Positions 1 through 10,736 are shown, counted from the first letter of the stretch. The stretch: DNA of 64,000 nucleotides from Candidatus Poribacteria bacterium (GCA_046582655.1 JAYGDX010000063.1:32001-96000), one strand, 5' to 3'. Numbers and translations: made by a program. The notes: generated by a model from the letters alone, not told the origin.

Positions 1-315
1 AAGAATATATCCATCCTCACTGATTATTATACCTGATCCCAACCCATGAAGTTCTCGCTTTTGAGGTATCTGAAACGGCATGTCAAAGAATGGCGACCAG
101 AGATCCTGAAAAAATGGATTAACCGCATACTCTTGAATCTGCGTCGTGCTAATATTGACCACTGCAAGACTCGCGAACTCAACAGCGTTAACAATAGCAT
201 TCCTGCGGGAACCTAATAATCCCTGTTGGACATCAGCATTTTTCCCTACACATACAACTGCCAAACAAAGAAATAAAGAAAGCGTATAAACAGTATATCG
301 AAACTGATGAAACAT
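1..315 (-). CDS. HtrA/DegP-family serine protease, 5' part (runs off the window edge)
   Basis: Hand translation from ATG at 315, which overlaps the trkH stop: MFHQFRYTVYTLSLFLCLAVVCVG...RRNAIVNAVEFASLAVVNIST...DLWSPFF...GLGSGIIISEDGYIL. Signal peptide plus the GxGSG(II)IS.DGYIL motif of Do/DegQ proteases. Confidence 0.85.
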   Translation of the reverse strand, partial: MFHQFRYTVYTLSLFLCLAVVCVGKNADVQQGLLGSRRNAIVNAVEFASLAVVNISTTQIQEYAVNPFFQDLWSPFFDMPFQIPQKRELHGLGSGIIISEDGYIL

Positions 316-2042
316 CACTTTTTCCAAAGCTGGGGGGCAAACAGTACAAGCACAGTATATAGTTCTAAACGTCCTAAAAGCATACAGAAACACAAAATCC
401 ATTTGCCAGCTGGAACGATATGTGCGTAATTGTTTGTTGGGCCAACACTCCCTAATCCTGGGCCAATATTCATCAGTGCAGATGCAACTGCACTGCTCGC
501 ACTGATAAGATCTAGCCCTACCCCCGTGAGAATAATCGTCGCCGTTACGAACACCGCCACACCGATGAAGAAAAACCCCAAAATATTAGTCATAATCCCT
601 GTAGGAACAACTTGTCCATTCAGCTTTACGGGTAGGACGGCATGTGGCATAATCAATTGTTTAATTTCACGATAGCCTTGCTTAATCAAAAGTAAGAATC
701 GAACCTGTTTCATTCCACCACCAGTTGATCCTGCACAGCCACCAAAAAACATGAGGGAAACTAAGGTCACTTGCGACATAAATGGCCACACTTCAAAGTT
801 TGCGGTTCCATACCCTGTAGTAGTAACGATGGCTAAAACTTGGAATCCCACAAAGCGCAGTGCATCGCCAATGGACTTGTAGACCACTTTTGCTTGGTGA
901 ACTTCGTAAGTGGTGTCGTTAATCACGATCTGTTCAAAATTATCTTGAACGAAGTAGATCTGGTTCTGATATTCGACTTTACCATCGGCAACCGGATAGG
1001 TTTTGTCTTCTATCTGCACAATTTGATCTTGACTCACTGAACGGGTTACACCGTTGACTACAGCAACAGGTTGCAGCATGGTATTAAGCGTCAGAGCCAC
1101 CACTACTAGGCCAATCACAAAGAGGTAAAATCGGAATTCCTCGTCTTTCAGGTAGCTGCCAAAATCACCTTTCAGTGCCTTATAATGATGTGAGAAATTA
1201 GTTCCAGCAATGAACATGAAAACAATGACGACCACATCAATATAGATGCTGTTATAGTGACCAATGCTGGCATTTTTAGGTGAGAAGCCACCAGTAGCCA
1301 TAGTCCCAAAGGCATGACAAAAGGCATTATACAGACCTTCGCCAAGAGTTTCACGGACATTTTCATGCACAATCCAAACTGTCCCAATCCACAAAAAAAA
1401 CACTTCTATCAGAGTGATTAAAACATAAACCCACCATAAAACTTTTGCCGTTTCTTGAATTCTTGGGGTCATACGATTGGTTTGTGGTCCTGGAGCTTCG
1501 GCTCGGTACAGCTGCATACCACCAACACCAAGCAAGGGTAAAATTGCAACAACCAAAACCAAGATCCCCATGCCGCCAAACCAGTGAGTAAAACTTCGCC
1601 AAAATAGGATCCCATGCGGCAGATGCTCAATTTCAGGCAGGATTGTCGCACCAGTAGTCGAAAAACCTGACATTGCCTCAAAATAGCCGTCCGTGAACCG
1701 TCTGAAGATTGAAACTTGTTGATCTATTCCATTTCCAAGAAAGTCTTGGTAAAAAAAGTACGGCAACGCACCTGCAAGTGCAATTAATATCCAGCCGAAA
1801 GTGACAATTGCAAAGCCTTCTTTGTTACCCAGTTCCCGGTTCGTATCACGAGTAGCCAGATGCAAGATCCCACCCACAATGACCGTGATCACAATCGTTT
1901 TGGTAAAAGCCATTAGATCTTGTTCGCCGCTAGCCATATTGTAATAGGCGGCAATCGCCAAAGGAACCAAGAGTGCCACTGAAACAGCAAGCAATAGATT
2001 ACTGAGTATAAATAAGATCTGCTTCAGATTCATTTCCCTCAA
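315..2042 (-). CDS. trkH: Trk potassium uptake membrane subunit
   Basis: Pore-loop motifs FEAMSGFSTTGAT, TMATGGFS, TTTGY, GGCAGSTGGGMK, NIGPGLG and MLLGRLE; adjacent to trkA. Confidence 0.95.
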   Translation of the reverse strand: MREMNLKQILFILSNLLLAVSVALLVPLAIAAYYNMASGEQDLMAFTKTIVITVIVGGILHLATRDTNRELGNKEGFAIVTFGWILIALAGALPYFFYQDFLGNGIDQQVSIFRRFTDGYFEAMSGFSTTGATILPEIEHLPHGILFWRSFTHWFGGMGILVLVVAILPLLGVGGMQLYRAEAPGPQTNRMTPRIQETAKVLWWVYVLITLIEVFFLWIGTVWIVHENVRETLGEGLYNAFCHAFGTMATGGFSPKNASIGHYNSIYIDVVVIVFMFIAGTNFSHHYKALKGDFGSYLKDEEFRFYLFVIGLVVVALTLNTMLQPVAVVNGVTRSVSQDQIVQIEDKTYPVADGKVEYQNQIYFVQDNFEQIVINDTTYEVHQAKVVYKSIGDALRFVGFQVLAIVTTTGYGTANFEVWPFMSQVTLVSLMFFGGCAGSTGGGMKQVRFLLLIKQGYREIKQLIMPHAVLPVKLNGQVVPTGIMTNILGFFFIGVAVFVTATIILTGVGLDLISASSAVASALMNIGPGLGSVGPTNNYAHIVPAGKWILCFCMLLGRLELYTVLVLFAPQLWKK

Positions 2043-3388
2043 AAAAGCTCTTCAACTTTTGGAATGGCATTGGGTAAGCTAAAAACAATGACACGGTCTT
2101 CAGGCAAGATGGTTAAATCCCCTGTTGCTACCATATGACCTCCATCACGGACAACTGCACCAATCAAAGCATGATCAGGAAATCGGATTGAATTGACTGT
2201 TTTCCCCGCAATCTTAGCCCCTGGATCAACAATCATTTCCAAGACTTCAGCTTCAATTTCGTGAAGAGATGCGGCGGAAACAATATGACCACGTCTGACA
2301 AGATGAAGGATTTCACTGACTGCAACCAGGTGGCGACTAACCACAGCATCCAATAACGGGATGTCTGCCAATATAGGCAGGTATCTTGGTTGCTGGATGA
2401 GCGCAGAGACATGCTTGGCACCATTCTGTTTAGCAGTCACACAAGCCATGATATCGTCCTCATCATGACCTGTTACAGATATGAATCCATCGACGCCTTT
2501 TACACCAATTTCGTTAAAAAAAAGGGGATCAAGATAGTCACCACATAATACAGTGGTTTTCCTTAAAATCATCGAAGCTGCTTCTGCTTTATCCCGAGAT
2601 CTATCGACTAATTTGATATCAGTTCCACTACCCTCAAGCGCTTGTGCGATATATATACCAACTCGATTCGCCCCAACAATAATAACGTGATTCGGTTCGA
2701 TTTCGTGAGGAACATTACAAAAATCAAACATGTCGTCAATTGCCTCACGACTCCCAATGACAAAAACTTCGTCTGTTTCCTGGATAGAATCATGGCCAGT
2801 TGGGATAACTGTTTGTCCACCTGAACGCTTAATCGCTGTAAAACGAAGTTTGGGTGCCCAACTATAATTCCCCAAGTTTCGCATTGATTTTCCAATTAAA
2901 GGATTATTTGAATCAACATTGAATGTAACAAGTTGAATCTTCCCATTTTCAAACTCCACAAACTCACGGGTTTCAGGGAAACTTAAAAGGCGTACAAATT
3001 CATTAGCGCTCAGCTTCTCTGGATTAATGAGTATATCTATGCCAAAATCGGATGGTTTTAAAATCTCTTCATCGTTAAAATACTCTGTTGACGAAACACG
3101 AGCAATTTTCGTTTTAGCACCGTTTTGGTTTGCTATCGCACAAGCAATTATATTAACTTCGTCGGAATCTGTCACAGCTATAAATAAATCCACATTGGAA
3201 ATCCCAGCCTCTTTCAGCAATATGGCGCTAGTCCCAGACCCCTGAAGAGTCATAACATCAACGCTCTCTTGAACTTGTTGAAGTGCGCCTTCAGATTGAT
3301 CAATTAATACTGTGTCTCTTCCTTCAGAGGCTAAAACTTTCGCTAAGTGAAGGCCAACCCCACCTGCACCAACGACAATCGCTTTCAT
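2039..3388 (-). CDS. trkA: Trk potassium uptake NAD-binding (RCK) subunit
   Basis: Two RCK_N/RCK_C modules, GAGGVG and GANRVG Rossmann loops, AVTDSDEVN motif, 449 aa. Confidence 0.95.
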   Translation of the reverse strand: MKAIVVGAGGVGLHLAKVLASEGRDTVLIDQSEGALQQVQESVDVMTLQGSGTSAILLKEAGISNVDLFIAVTDSDEVNIIACAIANQNGAKTKIARVSSTEYFNDEEILKPSDFGIDILINPEKLSANEFVRLLSFPETREFVEFENGKIQLVTFNVDSNNPLIGKSMRNLGNYSWAPKLRFTAIKRSGGQTVIPTGHDSIQETDEVFVIGSREAIDDMFDFCNVPHEIEPNHVIIVGANRVGIYIAQALEGSGTDIKLVDRSRDKAEAASMILRKTTVLCGDYLDPLFFNEIGVKGVDGFISVTGHDEDDIMACVTAKQNGAKHVSALIQQPRYLPILADIPLLDAVVSRHLVAVSEILHLVRRGHIVSAASLHEIEAEVLEMIVDPGAKIAGKTVNSIRFPDHALIGAVVRDGGHMVATGDLTILPEDRVIVFSLPNAIPKVEELF

Positions 3389-3448
3389 TAAAAACCTACC
3401 GTCAATTTTAATTGAATATGAAGTGAATTCATAAAGTTAGATCAATTA

Positions 3449-4459
3449 CTAATTGTGTTCTACATTTTCAATGATCATTTCATCATCAATCAGTCGAAAA
3501 TCAAATTCATTTAACTGAAGATAACGTTGAAAACGATCGTAGACAGAATCCACCGTTAATTTATCATCATAACATATCAAAAAAACCATTATTACCTCTG
3601 ACGAATCAGAGAACCAAGATGGCTTTGAAAGTTTAATTGAAGCAGATTTTGCACCTTTACCTTCCAACACATATTCAGGAAACAGAGGAGATTTATTAGC
3701 AAAACCCATGCCTGAAATGTAAATCCTTTCACTGTTTTGTACTCGATTCATCTCGGGCAACAACTTTAAGATGCTTGGTTCCCTAGGAGCTTTGATGCTC
3801 TCAATTATCATCCGAGCAAATCCAACCGAGGCTTGTCTAATACGAGTTGCAAATTCATATTCTTCGATTTGGACGAAATATTTTCCCTTTGCAAACATAA
3901 TAATTTCTTCCGAGAACAAAACATGAGTCCCTTGAATTACTTCAATCTCATCCTCTGGATATCGAACGGAACTATAAACGCCAAAAGCGTTTTCCATCGT
4001 TCCCATATCGAAAACCTCAACCATAATAAGCGGATAAGACGCCAAATTCGGAGATTTATATTCAACATGCACTTGCTTTATGACGCCATGCTGATAGAAA
4101 AGTTTTGGTTGAGCGATGATAACATCGTTATAAAGTTTGTGTCCAACATAGGTACTCGGTTCAGTGCATCTCACCCAGTATGAAATCGCGTTATCAATTG
4201 GTAGTAGGCCAATTGGGGGAATATCTGTGGTAACCAGCTTGCTAACTGCAATCTTTCTTCTACAGTTTTTAGAGACCTGGTTCAAAAAGTATTGTGCCGT
4301 TTTAACGGACCTCGCTCCCAGAACCCCATAAAGATATTTGCCGTGAGTACTAATAGTAGTATAACGCTTAGACGTGCCTTGACAAGCAACGGTAAGAGAA
4401 CATAACAGGAGGAAACTGATTATACCAAGTTTCGCGGTTTCATCATTCTTTACTACCAT
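3449..4459 (-). CDS. Putative lipoprotein of unknown function (DUF6599-like)
   Basis: Hydrophobic N-terminus ending in TVAC; 'VEVFDMGTMENAFGVYS...FAKGKYFVQI' resembles the DUF6599 family (recalled, not searched). Confidence 0.55.
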   Translation of the reverse strand: MVVKNDETAKLGIISFLLLCSLTVACQGTSKRYTTISTHGKYLYGVLGARSVKTAQYFLNQVSKNCRRKIAVSKLVTTDIPPIGLLPIDNAISYWVRCTEPSTYVGHKLYNDVIIAQPKLFYQHGVIKQVHVEYKSPNLASYPLIMVEVFDMGTMENAFGVYSSVRYPEDEIEVIQGTHVLFSEEIIMFAKGKYFVQIEEYEFATRIRQASVGFARMIIESIKAPREPSILKLLPEMNRVQNSERIYISGMGFANKSPLFPEYVLEGKGAKSASIKLSKPSWFSDSSEVIMVFLICYDDKLTVDSVYDRFQRYLQLNEFDFRLIDDEMIIENVEHN

Positions 4460-4962
4460 TGTTCTGCAAGCATACTGTAGAAGTCATTAGATAATTCTTG
4501 GATCAGTCTTTCTCTGGCTTCTTCAAGAGTTTCCGGTGGTTCGCCTCTACCCTGAACAATATAAAATTCACAAATCTGTATGTAATTATCTTGACGATCT
4601 ATTACCTTGTTACGAACACGATCGGTAAAAGTATAATCTATCGTCAACTTCATCTGCAGTTGAGTCGGTTGATTATTGGCATTAAAGTTTATCGGTCTAA
4701 GATCGTAGTCGACTACCACAATATCCAACTGAGAGTCATTACCATCCTGCCATTTCTTTTCAAAACTTTCGGTAATCGATTCACGAACAATTTCGTCGTA
4801 AAGCCTACCAGTACTTCGCTGGTAAGTAAAGTCAGGATCTTCAATAACTACAGGCGAAATGGTAATAGACTCAATGTGGTTAAGATAATCGGTTGTTGAA
4901 ACATACCCACAACCCGATACATAATATAAAAAGCACAGAAAAACAAAAAAAGAGAGTTTCAT
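4453..4962 (-). CDS. LptE-like LPS-assembly lipoprotein
   Basis: Lipobox VSGCGY, 169 aa, LptE-like spacing of secondary structure, C-terminal W as in FCB-type LptE homologues. Confidence 0.65.
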   Translation of the reverse strand: MKLSFFVFLCFLYYVSGCGYVSTTDYLNHIESITISPVVIEDPDFTYQRSTGRLYDEIVRESITESFEKKWQDGNDSQLDIVVVDYDLRPINFNANNQPTQLQMKLTIDYTFTDRVRNKVIDRQDNYIQICEFYIVQGRGEPPETLEEARERLIQELSNDFYSMLAEQW

Positions 4963-4969
4963 ACACGGG

Positions 4970-5293
4970 TTAGGAACAACAATAATCTAGTCGGGGGAAG
5001 GAAAGACAAACAGAAATTTCACCTCTAACATTTATCATCATAATGCTTGGGCGTGGTTTAGGGCTTGGACGATGACTAGGAAGATCGTTTCTATATAAAT
5101 ATGCTTTAATAGTCCCTGGTAGATTCAATACGTAATGGGTAATCTGATCCGCTTTCCAAATAGAAACACCTAAAATAACAATTTGTAGCAAAAGGACAGC
5201 CGTCAAAAAAGGATTCACCCATTTACGGTCAAATAAGGGTACGCTCTCTCCTGAAGGCAATTTATGAACCAGATTACGAGAGCTCACTTTCAT
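4970..5293 (-). CDS. Hypothetical single-TM membrane protein
   Basis: 107-aa ORF filling the gap between pnp and the LptE-like gene; one hydrophobic helix and a Pro-rich stretch. Confidence 0.5.
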   Translation of the reverse strand: MKVSSRNLVHKLPSGESVPLFDRKWVNPFLTAVLLLQIVILGVSIWKADQITHYVLNLPGTIKAYLYRNDLPSHRPSPKPRPSIMMINVRGEISVCLSFPRLDYCCS

Positions 5294-5329
5294 AATTAAT
5301 TATAGAAGCGATGTAATTCCTGAGGAAGT

Positions 5330-7603
5330 TTAGTCTCTATCTTTAGGAATTCTCATAGATCTACCACGTCCACGATTATCACGATCATCGCGGTTATACG
5401 GACGACGCCTACTATCACTACCCCTTTGGTCACCACGGGAATCACGTGATGAGCGACTCTTATCAGGACTGGAGTCACTATAGCCCTCTGCAGCCTTAGC
5501 GGCATTAGCTTCGGTTCGTTCAACACTAACCATAATGAGATCTACTTGCCCATTATCATTGATATCAGCAACGCGAACAGTTATGCTATCTCCAACACCC
5601 ATGACTTCTTCAACACGAGCAACATAACCTTCACCCATTTTCGAGATGTGCACAAGACCATCGCAACCGGGTAAGATGTTGACAAACGCACCAAAATTTG
5701 TCGTTCGCACAACTTCACCAACATATTCCTTGTCAACCTCAGGGACTGCGGTAATCTCAGCAATCAATTCCTCAGCTTTACTGGCTGCCTCACTATCAGT
5801 GGAGGCAATTTCAACTTTACCGTCGTCATTGATAGCTATCGTAACTCCAGTTTCTTCCTGAATCCCTTGGACAACTCTACCCCGCGGACCAATTAGATCT
5901 TTAATTTTGGCCGTTGGTATTTGAATGGTGTAAATCCGAGGTGCATATTCGGATAAATCCTTACGCGGCTCAACGATAACCTCACACATTTTGGAAAGCA
6001 CATGCATACGTGCTTCTTTCGCTTGATGAATTGCTTTTCGCATCAGATCCGGTGTGACGCCATCGATTTTAATATCCATCTGGATCGCAGTCAAGCCTGT
6101 TTCTGTTCCGGCAACCTTAAAATCCATATCGCCCAAAAAGTCCTCAGTACCAAGCATATCAGTTAAGATAACTTCTTGATCCCCCTCTTTAACAAGTCCA
6201 ACGCCGACACCAGCTACCATCTTTTTAATTGGCACACCAGCATCCATTAAGGCTAAAGTAGCGCCACAAACTGTTGCCATAGAAGACGAAGCATTGGATT
6301 CCAGAATTTCTGATACGACACGAACTGTGTAATTGAAATCTTCCCGACTTGGTATTACAGGCGCTATAGCCTTTTCGGCAAGCGAACCATGACCAATATC
6401 ACGCCGCCCGGGCCCCATCATTCGCTTCACTTCTCCAACGCTATAAGGTGGAAAGTTATAATGTAAGAAAAATGGATGACTCTGATCTCCCGCCAAAGTT
6501 CTGCGAGTAACCTCGTCAGTACTTGAGCCAAGCGTGACAGTACAAAGCGCCTGTGTCTGTCCACGCGAAAAAAGCGCCGAGCCATGTGTTCGTGGAAGAA
6601 CACTAACTTCGCCACTTATTTGACGAACCTCTTTCACGCTGCGTCCATCTACACGTTTTCCTTCCTCAAGGATTGAACGGCGCATTTCCTGTTTTTCGAT
6701 ATCACTCAGAACCATAATTGTGTCTGTTGTGGTCGCACGAATATCAGTTTCTTCCTCCAACGACTCATCAGCAAGAATTTCTTCAAGTACATCCTTTTGA
6801 ACTTTCTCGAGAAACTCAGCTCGGCCCTCTTTTTCTTCCATGCCAATAGATTGACGTATCCGGTCAGTGGCGAGTGCTCGAACTCGATCTGTAACCCCTT
6901 GATCAATCTCTTTTGCTATATATTCCCGTTTCGACTGCCCAACAACGGCGACTAATCCCTCTTGTAATTTAATAACCTCTTTAATTACTCCGTGAGCATG
7001 AAAAATGGCATCAATTACTTCGTCTTCTGAAGTTTCGTGGGCACTTCCTTCCACAGACATAACTGCCTCTTCATTGCCGCTAACAAAGAATTCAAACTCG
7101 GACGTCTCCATCTCTTCAACGGTTGGGTTGATAACAAATTCACCATTAATTCGACCAATCACGACAGCACCGACTGGACCATTAAACGGTATATCAGAAA
7201 CTGACAAAGCTGCTGAAGCACCAATTAATGATGGTACGTCCGCAAAATGCTCACCATCAAAAGAAAGAACCGTGCATAAAATCTGCACCTCACTCTTAAA
7301 ATTTTTTGGAAAAAGTGGGCGAATACAATGGTCTATTAACCTCGCTGTTAATTGCTCAGTATCGCCAGGTCGCGGTTCGCGGCGGCCATAAACGGGAGGA
7401 ATTCTTCCATTTGCATATGCTCTTTCACGATAATCTACTGTCAATGGGAAAAAGTCAAGGTTAGTGGACTCCTTTGAGGCAACCGCAGTTACCAAAACAA
7501 CTGTCCCACCATGCTGTACCCATGCAGCTCCATCTGCTTGCTTGGCAACCTTGCCCGTTTCAACCGATAATTTTTCGTTGCCAAGTTGCATTTCTACTTT
7601 CAA
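5330..7603 (-). CDS. pnp: Polyribonucleotide nucleotidyltransferase
   Basis: DFFPLTVDYRE, RTHGSALFSRGQTQ, ESNASSSMATVCG, GDMDFKVAGT, KH and S1 domains. Start moved to TTG at 7603 behind an AGGAG Shine-Dalgarno (the ORF track start at 7684 overlaps rpsO). Confidence 0.97.
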   Translation of the reverse strand: MKVEMQLGNEKLSVETGKVAKQADGAAWVQHGGTVVLVTAVASKESTNLDFFPLTVDYRERAYANGRIPPVYGRREPRPGDTEQLTARLIDHCIRPLFPKNFKSEVQILCTVLSFDGEHFADVPSLIGASAALSVSDIPFNGPVGAVVIGRINGEFVINPTVEEMETSEFEFFVSGNEEAVMSVEGSAHETSEDEVIDAIFHAHGVIKEVIKLQEGLVAVVGQSKREYIAKEIDQGVTDRVRALATDRIRQSIGMEEKEGRAEFLEKVQKDVLEEILADESLEEETDIRATTTDTIMVLSDIEKQEMRRSILEEGKRVDGRSVKEVRQISGEVSVLPRTHGSALFSRGQTQALCTVTLGSSTDEVTRRTLAGDQSHPFFLHYNFPPYSVGEVKRMMGPGRRDIGHGSLAEKAIAPVIPSREDFNYTVRVVSEILESNASSSMATVCGATLALMDAGVPIKKMVAGVGVGLVKEGDQEVILTDMLGTEDFLGDMDFKVAGTETGLTAIQMDIKIDGVTPDLMRKAIHQAKEARMHVLSKMCEVIVEPRKDLSEYAPRIYTIQIPTAKIKDLIGPRGRVVQGIQEETGVTIAINDDGKVEIASTDSEAASKAEELIAEITAVPEVDKEYVGEVVRTTNFGAFVNILPGCDGLVHISKMGEGYVARVEEVMGVGDSITVRVADINDNGQVDLIMVSVERTEANAAKAAEGYSDSSPDKSRSSRDSRGDQRGSDSRRRPYNRDDRDNRGRGRSMRIPKDRD

Positions 7604-7631
7604 GTCTTCTTCTCCTCTTTCCTTATTCACA

Positions 7632-7958
7632 TCACTTGTCACTGTAAGCCGTTCCTCTTCTCCCAATGGTGTCCCGAAGGTCAAGCTGATGAATAATCTG
7701 GCGGTATCGCTGAATATCTTTCGAATACAAATATCGCATCAAACTGCGTTGTTTACCCACTAGTTTAAACAAACCATACCTAGAATGATGATCTTTCTGA
7801 TTATGACGCAAATGCTCTGTTAATTTCTTAATTCGGTTATTTAAAAGCGCAATCTGGACTTCTGATGATCCGGTATCATCATCATGTTTCTTATACTGAT
7901 CCACGACCTCTTTCCTCGCACTAAGACTAGACTCCAAAATTTTCCCACATCCTTCCAT
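7632..7958 (-). CDS. rpsO: 30S ribosomal protein S15
   Basis: DTGSSEVQIALL...LTEHL...KDHHSRYGLFKLVGK; canonical position upstream of pnp. Exact start uncertain. Confidence 0.97.
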   Translation of the reverse strand: MEGCGKILESSLSARKEVVDQYKKHDDDTGSSEVQIALLNNRIKKLTEHLRHNQKDHHSRYGLFKLVGKQRSLMRYLYSKDIQRYRQIIHQLDLRDTIGRRGTAYSDK

Positions 7959-8083
7959 GAGTTAGATTATTTTACTCAGCCGTCTGATTAATATAACATA
8001 AATATTCCAACATTGTAAATCAAATCACAATTTTGCATATGTTCAACGCCACGACTAAATCCCTTGTATAAATAGGTTCTGTA

Positions 8084-9016
8084 TCAAAATTCAGTCTTTA
8101 ATAGAGCAGACCTCGCACTATCAATATCTGCCTGAATTTGACTGGTTAATCCTTCTAGGTCGGAAAATTCACGCTCTTCTCGGATCTTAGTTACTAATAT
8201 CATCTCAACCTGATGCCCGTAAACAATCTGATTGAAATCAAAAAGATGCGCTTCAACCTGAAATTTTTGATCATCAAAACTTGGCCGTGTACCCATATTT
8301 AAAACCCCGTCAATAGATCTATCATCTAAATTAGCACGGATAGCATACACACCACTTGGCGGCAACACCAATTCTTCAGGGTTAATATTCACTGTTGGAA
8401 ACCCAATTTTCCGACCTCGTTGATCTCCCTTGATAACTGTGCCCGCAATTGAATACTTTCTACCGAGAAGCTTAGCAACCAGATCAAGATTCCCTTTCTC
8501 AACCTCTTTGCGAATCCACGTACTATGAACAGGTTTACCATCAAAGTATTTCGGGGCAACAATTTCGATATCAATACCATGGCGTTCACCCACTGATTCT
8601 AGAACTTCGGGATTACCAGCGCGTCCCTTGCCAAATTGCCAATCATATCCAGATACAACCGCCTTCGTTCTTAGTTGGTTTATTAAAACTTCTTGAATAA
8701 ACTCATCAGCGGATTGACGCGCAATACTGGAAGAAAAAGGCACCAATATCATTAAGTCAATACCAAGACGCTCAAAAATAGCAATCTTTTGGTTGCGATT
8801 TGTTAAACTCGATTTTTTTTGACCTGATTGAAAGTATTCAACTGGCGGGGGGTCGAAAATTAAGGCAGCAGTTAATAGACTGTGATTTTTTGCCACAGAG
8901 ATCAACCGTTGAATAACAACTTGATGACCGATATGTACGCCATCAAAAACACCAATTGTAACGGCAACATCGGTTTTTATTATCGCAGTGGATCTGAAAT
9001 CGACAAAGATCTTCAA
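8084..9016 (-). CDS. ribF: Bifunctional riboflavin kinase/FAD synthetase
   Basis: IGVFDGVHIGHQ, GDQRGRKIGFPTVN, GTRPSF and VEAHLFDF motifs. Confidence 0.96.
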   Translation of the reverse strand: MKIFVDFRSTAIIKTDVAVTIGVFDGVHIGHQVVIQRLISVAKNHSLLTAALIFDPPPVEYFQSGQKKSSLTNRNQKIAIFERLGIDLMILVPFSSSIARQSADEFIQEVLINQLRTKAVVSGYDWQFGKGRAGNPEVLESVGERHGIDIEIVAPKYFDGKPVHSTWIRKEVEKGNLDLVAKLLGRKYSIAGTVIKGDQRGRKIGFPTVNINPEELVLPPSGVYAIRANLDDRSIDGVLNMGTRPSFDDQKFQVEAHLFDFNQIVYGHQVEMILVTKIREEREFSDLEGLTSQIQADIDSARSALLKTEF

Positions 9017-9035
9017 AGATGAGTTCCCAAGAAAA

Positions 9036-9758
9036 TCACACTACCTGTTTTAGCGCTTCGATCACCACGTTTATCGGAACAACAGACTCATTAAACGTAA
9101 TTTTTCTTTCTTCCAGATTGTCTAAATCATAAGCGTCTTCAAGTCTAAAGATGCCTGACCGCGTGCGTACCAATTGTGAAAGGATAGCACCACACTCGAG
9201 CTCCGTCCCAACATCATTAACTAAAGACCGAACGTACGTCCCCTTCGAGCAATCAACCCTAAATGCGACTTCAGGTAAATTAATTGAAGTAATCTCAATC
9301 GATTTAATAGTCACCAGCCTAGAAGGTAAATTCTCAATCCGCTTTCCTTGACGTGCTATTTTGTATAACGGTTTCCCTTGATATTTCACGGCAGAAAACA
9401 TAGGCACCGTTTGGTCTATCTGCCCAACAAAGCCTTTAAAAACAGATTCTATTCGATCTTCGCTAATATGTTCTATAGGTGAAGTCATCAAAACTTGGCC
9501 GCTGGCATCAAAAGTATCAGTTGCGATACCAAGGGTAATCGTTGCACTATAACTCTTGATTCCCTTCTGTAACTGGTCGAATAACTTTGTTGCTTTGCCT
9601 AAGCATATGAGTAGAACTCCTGTTGCATCAGGATCAAGCGTCCCTCCATGACCAGCTTTTTTTACGTTCCACAATTTACGAATTCGGTCTAAAGCCTGTC
9701 TTGAAGTTATCCCATGCGGTTTGTTTAAATTTAAAACACCATCAATCATCATACACAA
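9036..9758 (-). CDS. truB: tRNA pseudouridine(55) synthase, short form with no clear C-terminal PUA domain
   Basis: KAGHGGTLDPDATGVL, MFSAVK and CSKGTYVRSL motifs. Confidence 0.95.
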   Translation of the reverse strand: MCMMIDGVLNLNKPHGITSRQALDRIRKLWNVKKAGHGGTLDPDATGVLLICLGKATKLFDQLQKGIKSYSATITLGIATDTFDASGQVLMTSPIEHISEDRIESVFKGFVGQIDQTVPMFSAVKYQGKPLYKIARQGKRIENLPSRLVTIKSIEITSINLPEVAFRVDCSKGTYVRSLVNDVGTELECGAILSQLVRTRSGIFRLEDAYDLDNLEERKITFNESVVPINVVIEALKQVV

Positions 9759-10719
9759 GATACTTTTTCGTTACCTCAATAACTGCTTTAAGAGCCATCT
9801 TGCAAGATTTATCTATTAGACAGCCGGCAGCACGAGCATGGCCGCCTCCGCCGAACTCGGCACATATCTTACCCACATCAACATGATCTTTGCTCCGCAT
9901 ACCAATCTTGGACTGCCCTGGAGCATTTGCAGTCGCCATAATTGCAACTTCAACCGTATCAATCGAGCGAATTTGGTTAATTACCCCATCTACATCCTCC
10001 AGAGTTGTATTTGTGTGATTCAGCATTTTTTGATCCACCATCAGCCACGCGATTTTGCCGTCGGGAGTGAGTTCAAGGGTCTGAAGTGCTTTAGCAAGTA
10101 ACCGAAGCCGCCGAACTGGATAATTTCCGTAGACGTCTCTATAGATTTTATCGACTTCGATTCCCTGATCAATTAAGTTGGCTACGATACGGTGCACTTG
10201 CGACGTTGAATTTGAATATTGGAAGCAACCGGTATCAAACATAATACCAGTATATAGCGCCGTTGCTCGTTCCTGACCAATCGTCGTACCACTACGTTGT
10301 ATTAGTTTATAGATTATTTCACACGTTGAAGAAACATCAATTTCTACCAGATTATAATCACCAAAACGATCAGCTGAAGCGTGGTGATCGATATTTATAG
10401 TTACTTGCTTAGGCACAAGTGCTTTGGACAGTCGATTTCCTATCCTCACGAGCGTGCTAGCATCAAGGACAATTAATATTTCGGGTGAGTACCCATCAAG
10501 AGTTCCTGGTTGTTCAATCTTGTCGTAAAAAGGAAGAAAATGATAGTTGGGGGGTATAGGATCGGTGTTGAAAATCCGCACATGTTTATCTAGGTCAGTG
10601 AGGAAGGAATATACCGCTAATTGTGATCCGATTGAATCTCCATCTGGGTGAATATGTGCAGAGATTGCAAAGCTACTATGTTGATCAATTAAATCCAAGA
10701 TCTTGCGATATATGTCCAT
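9742..10719 (-). CDS. nrnA: DHH/DHHA1 oligoribonuclease / pAp phosphatase
   Basis: HIHPDGDSIGS, NIDHH, DTGCF and GGGGHARAAG motifs; rbfA-nrnA-truB synteny. Confidence 0.92.
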   Translation of the reverse strand: MDIYRKILDLIDQHSSFAISAHIHPDGDSIGSQLAVYSFLTDLDKHVRIFNTDPIPPNYHFLPFYDKIEQPGTLDGYSPEILIVLDASTLVRIGNRLSKALVPKQVTINIDHHASADRFGDYNLVEIDVSSTCEIIYKLIQRSGTTIGQERATALYTGIMFDTGCFQYSNSTSQVHRIVANLIDQGIEVDKIYRDVYGNYPVRRLRLLAKALQTLELTPDGKIAWLMVDQKMLNHTNTTLEDVDGVINQIRSIDTVEVAIMATANAPGQSKIGMRSKDHVDVGKICAEFGGGGHARAAGCLIDKSCKMALKAVIEVTKKYLVYDD

Positions 10720-10736
10720 AAACTGGGATGTACCAA

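Noticed and set aside
7604..7684. N-terminal extension of Pnp overlapping rpsO
   Set aside because: A TTG with a good Shine-Dalgarno at 7603 gives a normal N-terminus without overlap.
7959..8020. S15 autoregulatory leader RNA upstream of rpsO
   Set aside because: Only a weak TGAGT/ACTCA stem is visible, which is not enough to call without a covariance model.
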